The position numbers were made by a program, and so were the translations under genes. The notes under the pieces were generated by a model that made no database searches, was not told where the DNA came from, and was given only the letters and a program-made list of their open reading frames with translations. Of a stretch of 64,000 nucleotides of DNA, positions 20,606 through 30,064 are shown one piece after another. The DNA is from an uncultured virus (IMG/VR IMGVR_UViG_3300020048_000043) (Duplodnaviria; Heunggongvirae; Uroviricota; Caudoviricetes), in the IMG/VR virus record IMGVR_UViG_3300020048_000043, positions 1 through 64,000 of that record; one strand, given 5' to 3'. Each line of letters starts with the position of its first letter. Position 1 is the stretch's first letter.

Positions 20606-20968
20606 ATGCAAGAATTTTTTGAAGATATTGATGATAATTCTACAGATTTTGATAATAGATGGATTACATCTTATGATGAAAAATATACAGTAGCATCAGA
20701 ACAAGTATTACGAATTTTCTTGCGTGTTAAACCTCGAAAAAAATATTATGAAATATGTGTTCATTGTGTTAATACAGAAAAAGAAAGTATAGAAACATTA
20801 GTTTTTTTTAAATCTTTTAAAAGATTAGATGTTATTAATGAAAAAATTAGATTTCGTAAATGGTTAACAAAAGATAATTGGTTAGGTGCAAAAGATCATT
20901 TTAAATTTGAATCTTGGAAACCATTATTTAAAAAAGCTAATGTAAAAATATCTGATTGTGTTTCATGA
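20606..20968 (+). CDS. Hypothetical protein
   Basis: GGAGGT RBS before ATG 20606. Confidence 0.65.
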   Translation: MQEFFEDIDDNSTDFDNRWITSYDEKYTVASEQVLRIFLRVKPRKKYYEICVHCVNTEKESIETLVFFKSFKRLDVINEKIRFRKWLTKDNWLGAKDHFKFESWKPLFKKANVKISDCVS

Positions 20969-20974
20969 CAGCCC

Positions 20975-21033
20975 AACAAATAATGCGGGGACAACTGCCC
21001 GAAGGCAGCTGGCCAGTCCCCGCATTATTTGTT
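20975..21033. terminator. Long GC-rich hairpin at the convergence of the two gene blocks; likely a bidirectional terminator
   Basis: Perfect 18 bp inverted repeat AACAAATAATGCGGGGAC/GTCCCCGCATTATTTGTT enclosing a CTGCC-TTCG-GGCAG stem (- strand). Confidence 0.65.
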
Positions 21034-21042
21034 TTATTTGCT

Positions 21043-21156
21043 TTAGGCGCCAATTACAACAAACAACAAACAACAACAATGTGTTTTGTCCTTACAACGC
21101 TCACAACTGTTTCTATTTGAGCACAACATATTACACAGGACAAAACTCAACAACAT
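21043..21156 (-). CDS. Putative 37 aa Cys-rich peptide
   Basis: AGGAGG 8 nt upstream of ATG; MLLSFVLCNMLCSNRNSCERCKDKTHCCCLLFVVIGA. Confidence 0.35.
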   Translation of the reverse strand: MLLSFVLCNMLCSNRNSCERCKDKTHCCCLLFVVIGA

Positions 21157-21208
21157 ACAACTGACCTCCTTTCTATGTGTAGAACATAAAACACAATAGA
21201 AAAATTAT

Positions 21209-21506
21209 AAAGACAGCGCGAGAAAGCCTACCGATTTAGCGTTAGGATGAATCGCGCCATAACGTTTGCTTTGAAAGGATTCTTATGATATCACCGACCC
21301 TAATTTCGGATTCGTCTAAGATTTGTGGTTTTGAGTGATAATTAAAATTTGCGAAAGCAAAAATCTTTTCAAGGAACGATACGGTAGGAACTACCGAAAT
21401 CTTAACGCCTGTGGAGACACGCACCGCTGTTTCTAATTCTTACGAATTAGAAATAAGTGCTGTCATTGAAGCAGGAAGCCAACCGCTAAATCGGTTGGTA
21501 GTTCAC
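21209..21506 (+). mobile_element. Non-coding miniature IS200/IS605 derivative (left end + omegaRNA + right end) related to the element at 56820-58178
   Basis: Left end CGCGAGAAAGCCTACCG...GGATGAATCGCGC and ~130 bp right end ending GTAGTTCAC closely match the full element; inserted after TTAT. Confidence 0.9.
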
Positions 21507-21521
21507 GGTCAACAACTTTCA

Positions 21522-21848
21522 CTAACGCCAAATATGAATTAAATATGTATCTAACACAGGTTGAATTTCAAAAGACATTAAGAAATCAAATAATACATTT
21601 GAGTCAGGTATTGTTATTTGTAACTTTGTTGGATACCAAGATAATATATTCTGAATTAAAATACTTGTAGTTGTATCATATATGAAAATATGATCTACAC
21701 AATTTTCTTCAATAGCAATAGTTAATTCTGTTTTTCTTTTCTTTATTTGCTCTAACATCTTATTCCAACGTGTTGAAATTTCTTTCGGTTTTGGAATTAA
21801 CATACCATAACCAATTAAAATTCCATGATTCTTGGATTTAATTTTCAT
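21522..21848 (-). CDS. Hypothetical protein
   Basis: ORF with AGGAGG RBS. Confidence 0.6.
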   Translation of the reverse strand: MKIKSKNHGILIGYGMLIPKPKEISTRWNKMLEQIKKRKTELTIAIEENCVDHIFIYDTTTSILIQNILSWYPTKLQITIPDSNVLFDFLMSFEIQPVLDTYLIHIWR

Positions 21849-21868
21849 TGAATCCCTCCTTTAAATAT

Positions 21869-21905
21869 AAAAACAAACAGCCCAAAAAATAGGCTGTTTG
21901 TTTTT
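21869..21905. terminator. Rho-independent terminator (- strand operon)
   Basis: AAAAACAAACAGCC/GGCTGTTTGTTTTT inverted repeat. Confidence 0.7.
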
Positions 21906-21907
21906 AT

Positions 21908-22081
21908 TTATTTTAATCTACCGAATTTAATTTGATGATTTTGAACTCTCACATAGCATTTATTACATACTAGTTTGCCTGTGTATATAAATGTTTCGTA
22001 TTGTTCACCACATAAAGGACAATGACAAATTTGTGGTTCATTTTCTGTTCGTATTAATTCCGCAACAGATTTTCCACCCAT
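21908..22081 (-). CDS. Small zinc-ribbon protein (57 aa, not in the ORF track)
   Basis: AGGAGG RBS; CPLC...CNKC. Confidence 0.55.
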   Translation of the reverse strand: MGGKSVAELIRTENEPQICHCPLCGEQYETFIYTGKLVCNKCYVRVQNHQIKFGRLK

Positions 22082-22095
22082 TGTATAGCACCTCC

Positions 22096-22461
22096 TTAAT
22101 ACGGTGTATTAGGTATTTCGTTTAAATTATTTTGAATAAATTTATATGCTCTATGTAAACGTAGTTCATAAGGAAGTGCTGTATCACAAGAATAACCATC
22201 ATCACCGTTAATGAATACATCCCATTCATCTTGAACGTCTATATGTTTCTTTTTTAACGCAATTACATTAGCAATCATTTCTGCTACTTTAACTGTTTTA
22301 ATAGTTTCTAATTCGTTTCTATCAAAAGAAGGACCTGTAAATATAATTTTTTGATTATTTGGGATATGATTATCTAGATGATCTCTTTTGAGAAAAACAC
22401 TATTTCCTTTTTTAGTGACGGAATATTTTTGATTAGGAAATACTTTTTCTCCTTTAAACAT
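22096..22461 (-). CDS. Hypothetical protein
   Basis: ORF with RBS. Confidence 0.6.
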   Translation of the reverse strand: MFKGEKVFPNQKYSVTKKGNSVFLKRDHLDNHIPNNQKIIFTGPSFDRNELETIKTVKVAEMIANVIALKKKHIDVQDEWDVFINGDDGYSCDTALPYELRLHRAYKFIQNNLNEIPNTPY

Positions 22462-22473
22462 TCAATATCCTCC

Positions 22474-22755
22474 TCAGCCTTCCATATGTAAAGAATTTTT
22501 ATTATTAATAAATCTTTTTACTGTATTTTTTACTTCATCCGGTGCGTGGTTTAATTCTATGAATAAATAATTATTTTGTATAAAAAATGTATATCCACTA
22601 TCACCCCATTGATCATATGGACCTATTTCGTTTTTATCAATATATTCTGTAAGATAATTTTGAAGATATGCCCATGGACCATCACCAAGTTCAGACTTAT
22701 GAATTACAAAAGAACTACTACTGCTGTTGCTTATAAACCCATTTCTAATTTTCAT
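22474..22755 (-). CDS. SNSSSSS-tag family protein 1
   Basis: N-terminus MKIRNGFISNSSSSSF (ATG 22755). Confidence 0.75.
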   Translation of the reverse strand: MKIRNGFISNSSSSSFVIHKSELGDGPWAYLQNYLTEYIDKNEIGPYDQWGDSGYTFFIQNNYLFIELNHAPDEVKNTVKRFINNKNSLHMEG

Positions 22756-23169
22756 TAACTTTCTCCTCGTCTTCAAATTCCGTAGATTCTGTAAGTCTAT
22801 CTAATGAATCTGTTGTAGGATGATGTGGAATTTCTGTAAGTCTTTTAGGTCTACCTCTTTGTTTCTTTTCTTCTTTAATTTGTCCATCCTCTTCACGAAG
22901 CCATTCCACTGCGGAACTTGGATTTTTTGTACTCATGATAAAACCCTCCTCAATTTACTGTAGGTTTAGTTGATTCTTTTTCCAATAATGATAAAACACT
23001 AATAGCTTTTTGTGTTGTAGAATTCAAAGCAGTCATACATTCTGCTAGTTCTGTTGTTATTATTTTTTGTTCCAATTGTTCTTTTAAATGAGGTATTTGT
23101 TGTATATTTGCTTGTATGATTGGATTCGATAAATATTCTAATACAATATTTATAAATTCTTGTAAGAAG

Positions 23170-23541
23170 TTAATATTTTGTGCCATCCGAATCCTCCTTT
23201 TGTTTTAAAAAATTATATCTTATATTACATAGTATACAACGATTTAACAAATCTTTCAAGGATGACTCTTTATCTATTTTATAATTAATAATAGATTCAT
23301 CTAGATATGAAAAATTTGGAAGGATGAATTGCTTTACTGGTTTATATCCTCTTCGAAGCATTTCGTTCTTTAATTCAATATACCTAGACTCCAAAGATGT
23401 GAGTTCAAGACAATTGTTTTTGATATATCCATCTAAATTTTTCTTAGCGTTGATTGTTCCAACTAATGTGAATAATTCTCTATATTCTCCTAAGAGATGT
23501 TGTCTACAAAGAATCTTAGGATCACACATCCACATCCGCAT
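23170..23541 (-). CDS. denV: Pyrimidine dimer DNA glycosylase / endonuclease V family
   Basis: MRMW..DPKILCRQHLLGEYRE and EMLRRGY signature. Confidence 0.85.
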   Translation of the reverse strand: MRMWMCDPKILCRQHLLGEYRELFTLVGTINAKKNLDGYIKNNCLELTSLESRYIELKNEMLRRGYKPVKQFILPNFSYLDESIINYKIDKESSLKDLLNRCILCNIRYNFLKQKEDSDGTKY

Positions 23542-23736
23542 TTTGTTCTTTTCTCTTTCGTCTACATTTCAATAATTCGTGTTCTTGAAAAAGTTTTTTT
23601 GTTATATTACCAACATCATCTTGAAATTTAATCCAATACATATATGTATCTTTATTTGATATTATTTCATCTACGTGACCCATCATTTCAACTTTTGTAA
23701 ATCTTGTATATACTCTATCACGTAAATTAAATTTAT

Positions 23737-23883
23737 TCATTTTTTTACCATATGATTTATTTTCTGATATAGTTTTTGTTTTTCATAACATTCTGTACAA
23801 AGAAAATAATCTAGATTTTCACCATACATAATATATTCTGATTCGTGTTCAAGAATCTTACCGCATAGTTTACATTTTTTCAT
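23737..23883 (-). CDS. Small zinc-finger-like protein (48 aa, not in the track)
   Basis: AGGAGG RBS; CKLC...CTEC; ATGA overlap with the next gene. Confidence 0.5.
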   Translation of the reverse strand: MKKCKLCGKILEHESEYIMYGENLDYFLCTECYEKQKLYQKINHMVKK

Positions 23884-23896
23884 AATTATTCCTCCT

Positions 23897-24604
23897 TCAC
23901 ATATTTTCTTTTTCAATTTTCTTGATATTGATTTTATATTTTGTTTTCATATACTCCACAAATTCTGTTTCTGATAATTTTGCTAAGTAATCTTCAAAAT
24001 CAGATTCTGGAGCTTCACCATCCCTTCTAAAATTAATAAACCAAATATCTTGTGTCTTAAGTAATTTTAACATAGAATGAAATTCATTCTGTACCTTTTT
24101 ACATTCCTCTACTTTTAAATATTCTATAGGACCTTTATCCCTTATTTGTTTATCTCTTAAAACGAATTGTTCGTATTTTGAAATCATTTGTTTGTACATA
24201 GTAATACTTTCTTCTTGATATTTCTTTTCTTCTTCATCTTTTATTTTTTCAATAGAACATTCATATAAATATTTTTTGTATTCTTCTACTTGTTCTTCAT
24301 AATAAGATATATTTTCTGTAATAATTTTACGAAATTTTTTTTCATCCAAAGGTTCAAATTCAAGTTCATTTGATACTTCACATAGTTTAAATTTTTTAAC
24401 TAAAAGATTATCAAAAAATCTTGTTTTGAAATATTGAAGTAATTTTTGTTCATTTGTTATTATATATAGAGATTCATATGTCATTCGAGGATATGTTGTA
24501 TTTTTAATAAACATCTTATTAAATTTATTAGACATTAATTTTGTCATATGAATCATAAAACTACTACTGCTACTATTTGATACAAACCCATTTCGAATTT
24601 TCAA
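23897..24604 (-). CDS. SNSSSSS-tag family protein 2
   Basis: MKIRNGFVSNSSSSSF (TTG start with RBS). Confidence 0.75.
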   Translation of the reverse strand: MKIRNGFVSNSSSSSFMIHMTKLMSNKFNKMFIKNTTYPRMTYESLYIITNEQKLLQYFKTRFFDNLLVKKFKLCEVSNELEFEPLDEKKFRKIITENISYYEEQVEEYKKYLYECSIEKIKDEEEKKYQEESITMYKQMISKYEQFVLRDKQIRDKGPIEYLKVEECKKVQNEFHSMLKLLKTQDIWFINFRRDGEAPESDFEDYLAKLSETEFVEYMKTKYKINIKKIEKENM

Positions 24605-24616
24605 AATAATACCTCC

Positions 24617-25312
24617 TCAATCAGAATTCACAAGTTTTGGATTTGATTCAATTCCTGCGTCTTCAATTACAAAAAGTATTTCTTCCGCAATTTCTTTAAG
24701 TGTTTCATAACCAGTTGTATCTAAATCAAATCTTTTTATATTTGATTGAACATATTTTAACGCATCTCTAAGAACTTTTTTATCTATTATTTTTTTGAAA
24801 ATAAGTTCAAACAATCTTCTTTCAAGTAAGTCTATGGACCAAAGACTTTTATCCCAAATAATTTGATTCATAACATTATCTGGATTGAATTGAAATTTAT
24901 TTAATGCTTTTTCATCATATATCATATTGTCGTAAATATATGTTTTACAATATTTTTCTAATTTTTCTATATATTCTATTTTAAAAACATCTGTAGCAAC
25001 ATATTTCGTAGAATAAAGAATACTTATCCATTTGCTGAATTTAGATTGAATTTGAGAATTTTCTTTTGATTCTTCTAATGTGTGTAATAATGTTTTATAT
25101 ATTTCCACAGAAAATATGTTTCCACATGTTACTATCCAACTATTATATGCTTTAGGATCTGAAACATGTTGTCTAACTTTTTTAATCAATTGTGTTGAAT
25201 TTGGTAATATTAATATTCTTTTCATCATATGTTCAACAAGTTCTTCTTGTTCGTATGTCCAACCAAATAAAGATATACTATTAACTATATTCAAATTATT
25301 ATTATATAACAT
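24617..25312 (-). CDS. Hypothetical protein
   Basis: ORF with RBS. Confidence 0.6.
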   Translation of the reverse strand: MLYNNNLNIVNSISLFGWTYEQEELVEHMMKRILILPNSTQLIKKVRQHVSDPKAYNSWIVTCGNIFSVEIYKTLLHTLEESKENSQIQSKFSKWISILYSTKYVATDVFKIEYIEKLEKYCKTYIYDNMIYDEKALNKFQFNPDNVMNQIIWDKSLWSIDLLERRLFELIFKKIIDKKVLRDALKYVQSNIKRFDLDTTGYETLKEIAEEILFVIEDAGIESNPKLVNSD

Positions 25313-25477
25313 ATTATTTCCTCCTTTATCTTGTCATAGCCATAAATAACGCACGCCAAAAACTTAATCCCATATCCATATAGGTAGTAACTTTAAACCA
25401 CAATAAGAAACTACCAATAATAATGCTAACAGAAATGATAGACAACGCAATATATATTTCTTTTCTTTCTTTCATTA

Positions 25478-25960
25478 TTATTCATCCTCTAAAGTTTTTA
25501 GAAACTTCTTAATATTATCAAATCTATACAAACCAAACATATCGACTATTTCTTTCATTTTTTTTAAATCTAGTTTATGCTTTGCTGTTAGTTCGATTTG
25601 TTCTAGCGTTCTACCTTTAATAATACAATATAATATATGACATAGTCTTTGTCTTTTTCTTTGTTGTGCTAATCTTATTTGAAAATCTATTCTGATATTG
25701 ACATCACCAGGATCAAACGGATTAAGAATACGCATATTCTTTTTAATAAGTTTAATTTCTTTTGCGTATGTGTCTTTTGCTTTTTTGAAGGATCTTAATC
25801 TTATTTTTTGTACTTCATTTTCAGAAATATTAAAAAAGCAAACATATTCTGGAAGAATGGGAATTTTAGTCAACTCCAAATTTGCTAGCATCATTTCCAA
25901 ATGCTGCGCACGTTCTTTCCATGTGAATTTTTGTTTTTTGTTTTCTCTCCAAATATCCAT
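25478..25960 (-). CDS. Hypothetical basic protein
   Basis: ORF with RBS. Confidence 0.6.
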   Translation of the reverse strand: MDIWRENKKQKFTWKERAQHLEMMLANLELTKIPILPEYVCFFNISENEVQKIRLRSFKKAKDTYAKEIKLIKKNMRILNPFDPGDVNIRIDFQIRLAQQRKRQRLCHILYCIIKGRTLEQIELTAKHKLDLKKMKEIVDMFGLYRFDNIKKFLKTLEDE

Positions 25961-25976
25961 TACATATTCCTCCTTT

Positions 25977-26651
25977 TTAATGATTAGAAATACTCACAAT
26001 ATTATCTACTTTTTGAAAATAATAACCTTGTTCGATTTCAGGATAACAATCATCCTCTACTTCAAAAAGAATAAATGATTCTAATAGTTTTTCTTCTTTA
26101 AGTTTTTCATAAATGTTTTCTGCTAACGTCTTATAAATTTGTGTTCTCGCTTTATATTTACGATCCCATTTGATACGATTTATTTTTCTGTTTTTTTCTG
26201 TATAATCTTTTTCTGTATTACATATTTCTAAAATAGTCATGGGATTAAACATCCACATATAGTTTACAAAATTTCTTACAACAGGACTCAATAACGTATC
26301 ATGAAATTTATCAAACTCTTCTGTATCAAATATATTATAATAGTTGTGAACCATGAACTGACTAACAGATGAATTATATTCTTCGTCCATTGTTTCTTTA
26401 AATAATTTATCAAAGAAAGGAACATTTCCATCTTCTAATGCTTTAGCTAGTAAATCTATAATATCTTTCTTTGTTAATTTTTGTTTTCTTTGAAACAAAG
26501 AAAGCATGTGATCAAAGTCTCTTCTTGTTTCTGCGTTAGGTTCAAACTTTAAATAATTTACAAGTTCTGACATGTTTGTAATAGTAGGTGCGTTAAATAC
26601 TAAGAAAGAACTGCTGCTACTGTTACTTACAAATCCATTCCGTATTTTCAT
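25977..26651 (-). CDS. SNSSSSS-tag family protein 3
   Basis: MKIRNGFVSNSSSSSF. Confidence 0.75.
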   Translation of the reverse strand: MKIRNGFVSNSSSSSFLVFNAPTITNMSELVNYLKFEPNAETRRDFDHMLSLFQRKQKLTKKDIIDLLAKALEDGNVPFFDKLFKETMDEEYNSSVSQFMVHNYYNIFDTEEFDKFHDTLLSPVVRNFVNYMWMFNPMTILEICNTEKDYTEKNRKINRIKWDRKYKARTQIYKTLAENIYEKLKEEKLLESFILFEVEDDCYPEIEQGYYFQKVDNIVSISNH

Positions 26652-26652
26652 T

Positions 26653-26916
26653 CTAATTCCTCCTCTTAACTTTTTGTAATGGTTCTAACCATTCAGAAAT
26701 TTTATTCTTGGATGTTACAAGAAGTTCTTGATATGATATTGTTCCTTTCTTAGCCACAGACATGAAACGAACTTTCTTAATCAAATGTGTTTCTATTAAA
26801 TCCCAATCTAGTGAGAAAATAAATTTCATCATTTGTTTTTTTGTTGAAAAATATTTTTCACCATAATTATTATCTTTCCACCAATACTTAAACAACCAAG
26901 TTGTTTTAGTTTTCAT
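26653..26916 (-). CDS. Hypothetical protein, tandem paralog A
   Basis: Shares MKTKTTWLFKYW...KYFSTKK.M.KFI..LDW with its neighbour. Confidence 0.65.
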   Translation of the reverse strand: MKTKTTWLFKYWWKDNNYGEKYFSTKKQMMKFIFSLDWDLIETHLIKKVRFMSVAKKGTISYQELLVTSKNKISEWLEPLQKVKRRN

Positions 26917-27242
26917 GAAAGAAAACCCATCTTTCTTAATTTTAATATAGAATCTATATCACTAGATTCTAATTCTTTTTCAGATGATTTCATATTCCAA
27001 AAACATTTTATTTTTCCTTTTGTAGTTACACAAAATTCATCATAATAAAAATCTGTTAATTTTTTTGATACTACCATATATTTACTTTTTTTAATTATAT
27101 GCCCATTTATAGTGGACCAATCCAAATTCTTAATAAATTTTAACATTTTTTTCTTAGTAGAGAAATATTTACGTTCAGCATACGATGTACAACTATACAT
27201 ATGAATCCAATACTTAAACAACCATGTTGTTTTAGTTTTCAT
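26913..27242 (-). CDS. Hypothetical protein, tandem paralog B
   Basis: Shares MKTKTTWLFKYW...KYFSTKK.M.KFI..LDW with its neighbour. Confidence 0.65.
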   Translation of the reverse strand: MKTKTTWLFKYWIHMYSCTSYAERKYFSTKKKMLKFIKNLDWSTINGHIIKKSKYMVVSKKLTDFYYDEFCVTTKGKIKCFWNMKSSEKELESSDIDSILKLRKMGFLS

Positions 27243-28565
27243 TTTTTAAATTACATGATTCCGAAATTTATTTATTTGACTTTCCATATCTTGTGTAAGA
27301 TCATATGATTCCATATATTTTTCCATAGGTTTTGGACGATTTTTTTCTTTTAGTGCTGCTTCTTTTGTATCATAATATTCCGGCGCATCACTCCATTCAA
27401 ATGTATCACACCAAATGATCATGATTTTTTTATTTTTTTTCACACCATATTCAAACCATTCTTTAATATCTTCTTTTGTTGTTGACATTTTTAATCACTC
27501 TCTTTCTTAGAATAATTATTATTTATTTCAATTTCTAACAATTTTTCTATTTTTTCGTTTAATGAATTTATTTTTTTCATCAATTCTTCTTGATAATATA
27601 AATCTTCTTTTTCACTTATATATGTTATTTTTGTTATTATATGTTTTAAACTAGAATATAATACCATGTTTAGTACAGTGCTCATCGAAATAAAAAATAT
27701 TATAGCAGTTATAAGATCATTATCATTATTCATTATTTTTATTCCTCCTTTTTAGTTATCATACTTTTTTTAAAATACGTATCATCTAATATAATAACAA
27801 ATTCTATATTAGATGATACATATTTATTCTTTTGAGCAGTTTTAACTGCGTTCAACATTGCCTCTGTTTCAAAAAAACTATTTCATTTTTCATTTATTTT
27901 TTCAAACGTAGGCTTCTTATATTTGGGTTCTGTATAACCCATTTTTTCAAACCAATTTTCACCATATTTTTCTTGAAGTAATGCTACTTCAGCTTCATTT
28001 AAATATTCAGGTAAAAGTCCACCAGACATATTCATAATCAAATTTTCAAGTTCAGAAAAATTTGTATCAAAATTTTGTGTAATATTCATTTCTAATATTC
28101 CTCCTTTAAAATTTTTTCTTAATTATAGTTTCAATATAAGAAAAAGGATTTAGCTCTTCGTCCATTGTATCGTTATTACTATACAACATATTATTTTTAT
28201 TTTGATATGAACTTAACCAACACCAAGCAAACGCCCATTGTTCTACTTCTACATTTTCTAAATATATTAAAGGTTTATGACATCCTTTTAATATCATAGA
28301 AAATAAATAATCTCTAACTTCGACGACAATATCTTTAAAAGACATATTAATATTTTCTTGACACATAGATAAAAGAAAATTTTTATCATCTGATGTAATA
28401 AAATCTGGGGATATCACGCCCATATTTTTAAATCCTGTAGGACACATGTAATTTAAATCTGTATAAGATACAAATCCACAAAAAGTGAAATTATTATCTG
28501 CTGTTACGTTTCGCAATATTCCATATTTTTTAAAACATAACAAAAACAATCACATCCTTTAAAAA

Positions 28566-28973
28566 TTAATTTTGTTGAATAGATTTTTGTCTTTGTTCTT
28601 TTAAATCACATACATAATTATGATCTGATGTTTGTTGAAGCATAAGATTTGAAATTAAATCTTTTGACATATTCACATATTCTTCAAATGAAAATTTTTG
28701 ATCACTTATATAAACAGTATTTGTATCTATATCCACCCAAATAAAAGGATAATCATTATCTTCAATATGTGTAGAAATACCATATCCTGTAGTAGACATT
28801 ACATTATCTTTAATCATTTCACAAAATATAATTCTTGTAAGATATGGAGCATCATTCCAACGTTCTTTGCCTCTATCTAAAGCATCTTGTAAAATAATAG
28901 CTAAATTTTCACCATCCCAATGTGAATATAAACAAATTTCTGTGTTCACAATAATATTGGCTCTAGCACCCAT
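28566..28973 (-). CDS. Hypothetical phage protein
   Basis: MGARA...LYSHWDG; AGGAGG RBS upstream. Confidence 0.6.
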   Translation of the reverse strand: MGARANIIVNTEICLYSHWDGENLAIILQDALDRGKERWNDAPYLTRIIFCEMIKDNVMSTTGYGISTHIEDNDYPFIWVDIDTNTVYISDQKFSFEEYVNMSKDLISNLMLQQTSDHNYVCDLKEQRQKSIQQN

Positions 28974-29524
28974 CACACGTTCCTCCTTAGAATATATTTC
29001 ATTTTTCAAATCGTTCTCTCAATTTAAGATATTGTTCATAAGCTTCTTTTTCTTCTTTTTCTCGTTCTTTTCTTTTTGCTTCACGTAAACGTTCAATATC
29101 AAACCAATTTTCTGGAAATTTTTTATCAAATAAAATATTTAGATCAATATCAAAATCTTCTTCTACTAGTTTATTATGATATGGGGATATTTCATTTTTT
29201 ATTTTATATTCTATTTCAATCATCTTTTTTGGTGGTATTGAATCTATTATATTATCAATATAGAAATGAACACTTGTTATTTTTTCAAAACTTTCTGTTG
29301 TTACTAAATACAAATCTTTTAAAATATTTTCAGCAATTTGAAACATATTACACATTGTATTTTTATGTTTTGTATACACTGTCATAAATAACACACCTTT
29401 CTATTTTTTTAAATTCTCTTCAAGCTCATCTATAGACATATCAATGTATAAACGTCTGTTATGTTCTCTCGCACAAAAATTCTCGTCATGATCTATATAT
29501 ATTGTATTTAAACGTCTCAATTCA

Positions 29525-30001
29525 TCAATCAATTCTTGATTTGTCATATATGTTTCCTCCTGTTTTTTTACTTAATTTGTTTATAACACGTCGTTCAATA
29601 TCATTCCATTCTTTAGAATCATTAATTTCGTCAAAGCCTAATAATTTCACTGCTTCTTTTTTTGTTGTTTTTTCTAATTCTTCTTGTTTTTCTTGATCTG
29701 AAATATGATTCAAATATTCAATATACTTGATTATTAACTTTTTTTCTAAAACATTTCTTGCTGTAATAATGAAAGTTAATTCTGATTCATATTTGGCATC
29801 GGATAATTCCCAAACATTTTTTCTTGGTAATTTATAATTAGTTATTATTTTTTCTAAAAAATTCTGAGGTATTTTTTTCTTTCCTGTTTCTACAGCAGAT
29901 AGAAATGAAGAAGATACATTTAATTTTTCTGCCATATCTTTTAATGATATGTCTAGATCCAATCTTAATTTTCTTAATGCTTTACCGAATGGTGTTAGCA
30001 T
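29525..30001 (-). CDS. XRE-family helix-turn-helix regulator
   Basis: FGKALRKLR...SLKDMAEKLNVSSSFLSAVETGKK. Confidence 0.85.
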   Translation of the reverse strand: MLTPFGKALRKLRLDLDISLKDMAEKLNVSSSFLSAVETGKKKIPQNFLEKIITNYKLPRKNVWELSDAKYESELTFIITARNVLEKKLIIKYIEYLNHISDQEKQEELEKTTKKEAVKLLGFDEINDSKEWNDIERRVINKLSKKTGGNIYDKSRID

Positions 30002-30025
30002 TATTATTCCCTCCAAAATAAAATA

Positions 30026-30054
30026 TAGGTGCTACCTATATCAGATAGCACCTA
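30026..30054 (-). terminator. Putative terminator after the radical SAM gene
   Basis: TAGGTGCTA/TAGCACCTA inverted repeat with T-rich sequence following on the - strand. Confidence 0.55.
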
Positions 30055-30064
30055 GAAAAATAAC

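Noticed and set aside
20958..21164. 68 aa + strand ORF
   Set aside because: It runs through the hairpins and CAA low-complexity DNA and has no RBS.
21242..21424. 60 aa - strand ORF
   Set aside because: It lies antisense within the non-coding mini-IS.
29525..30001. XRE protein as evidence of a lysogeny module
   Set aside because: No integrase, divergent cro-like gene or operator repeats nearby.
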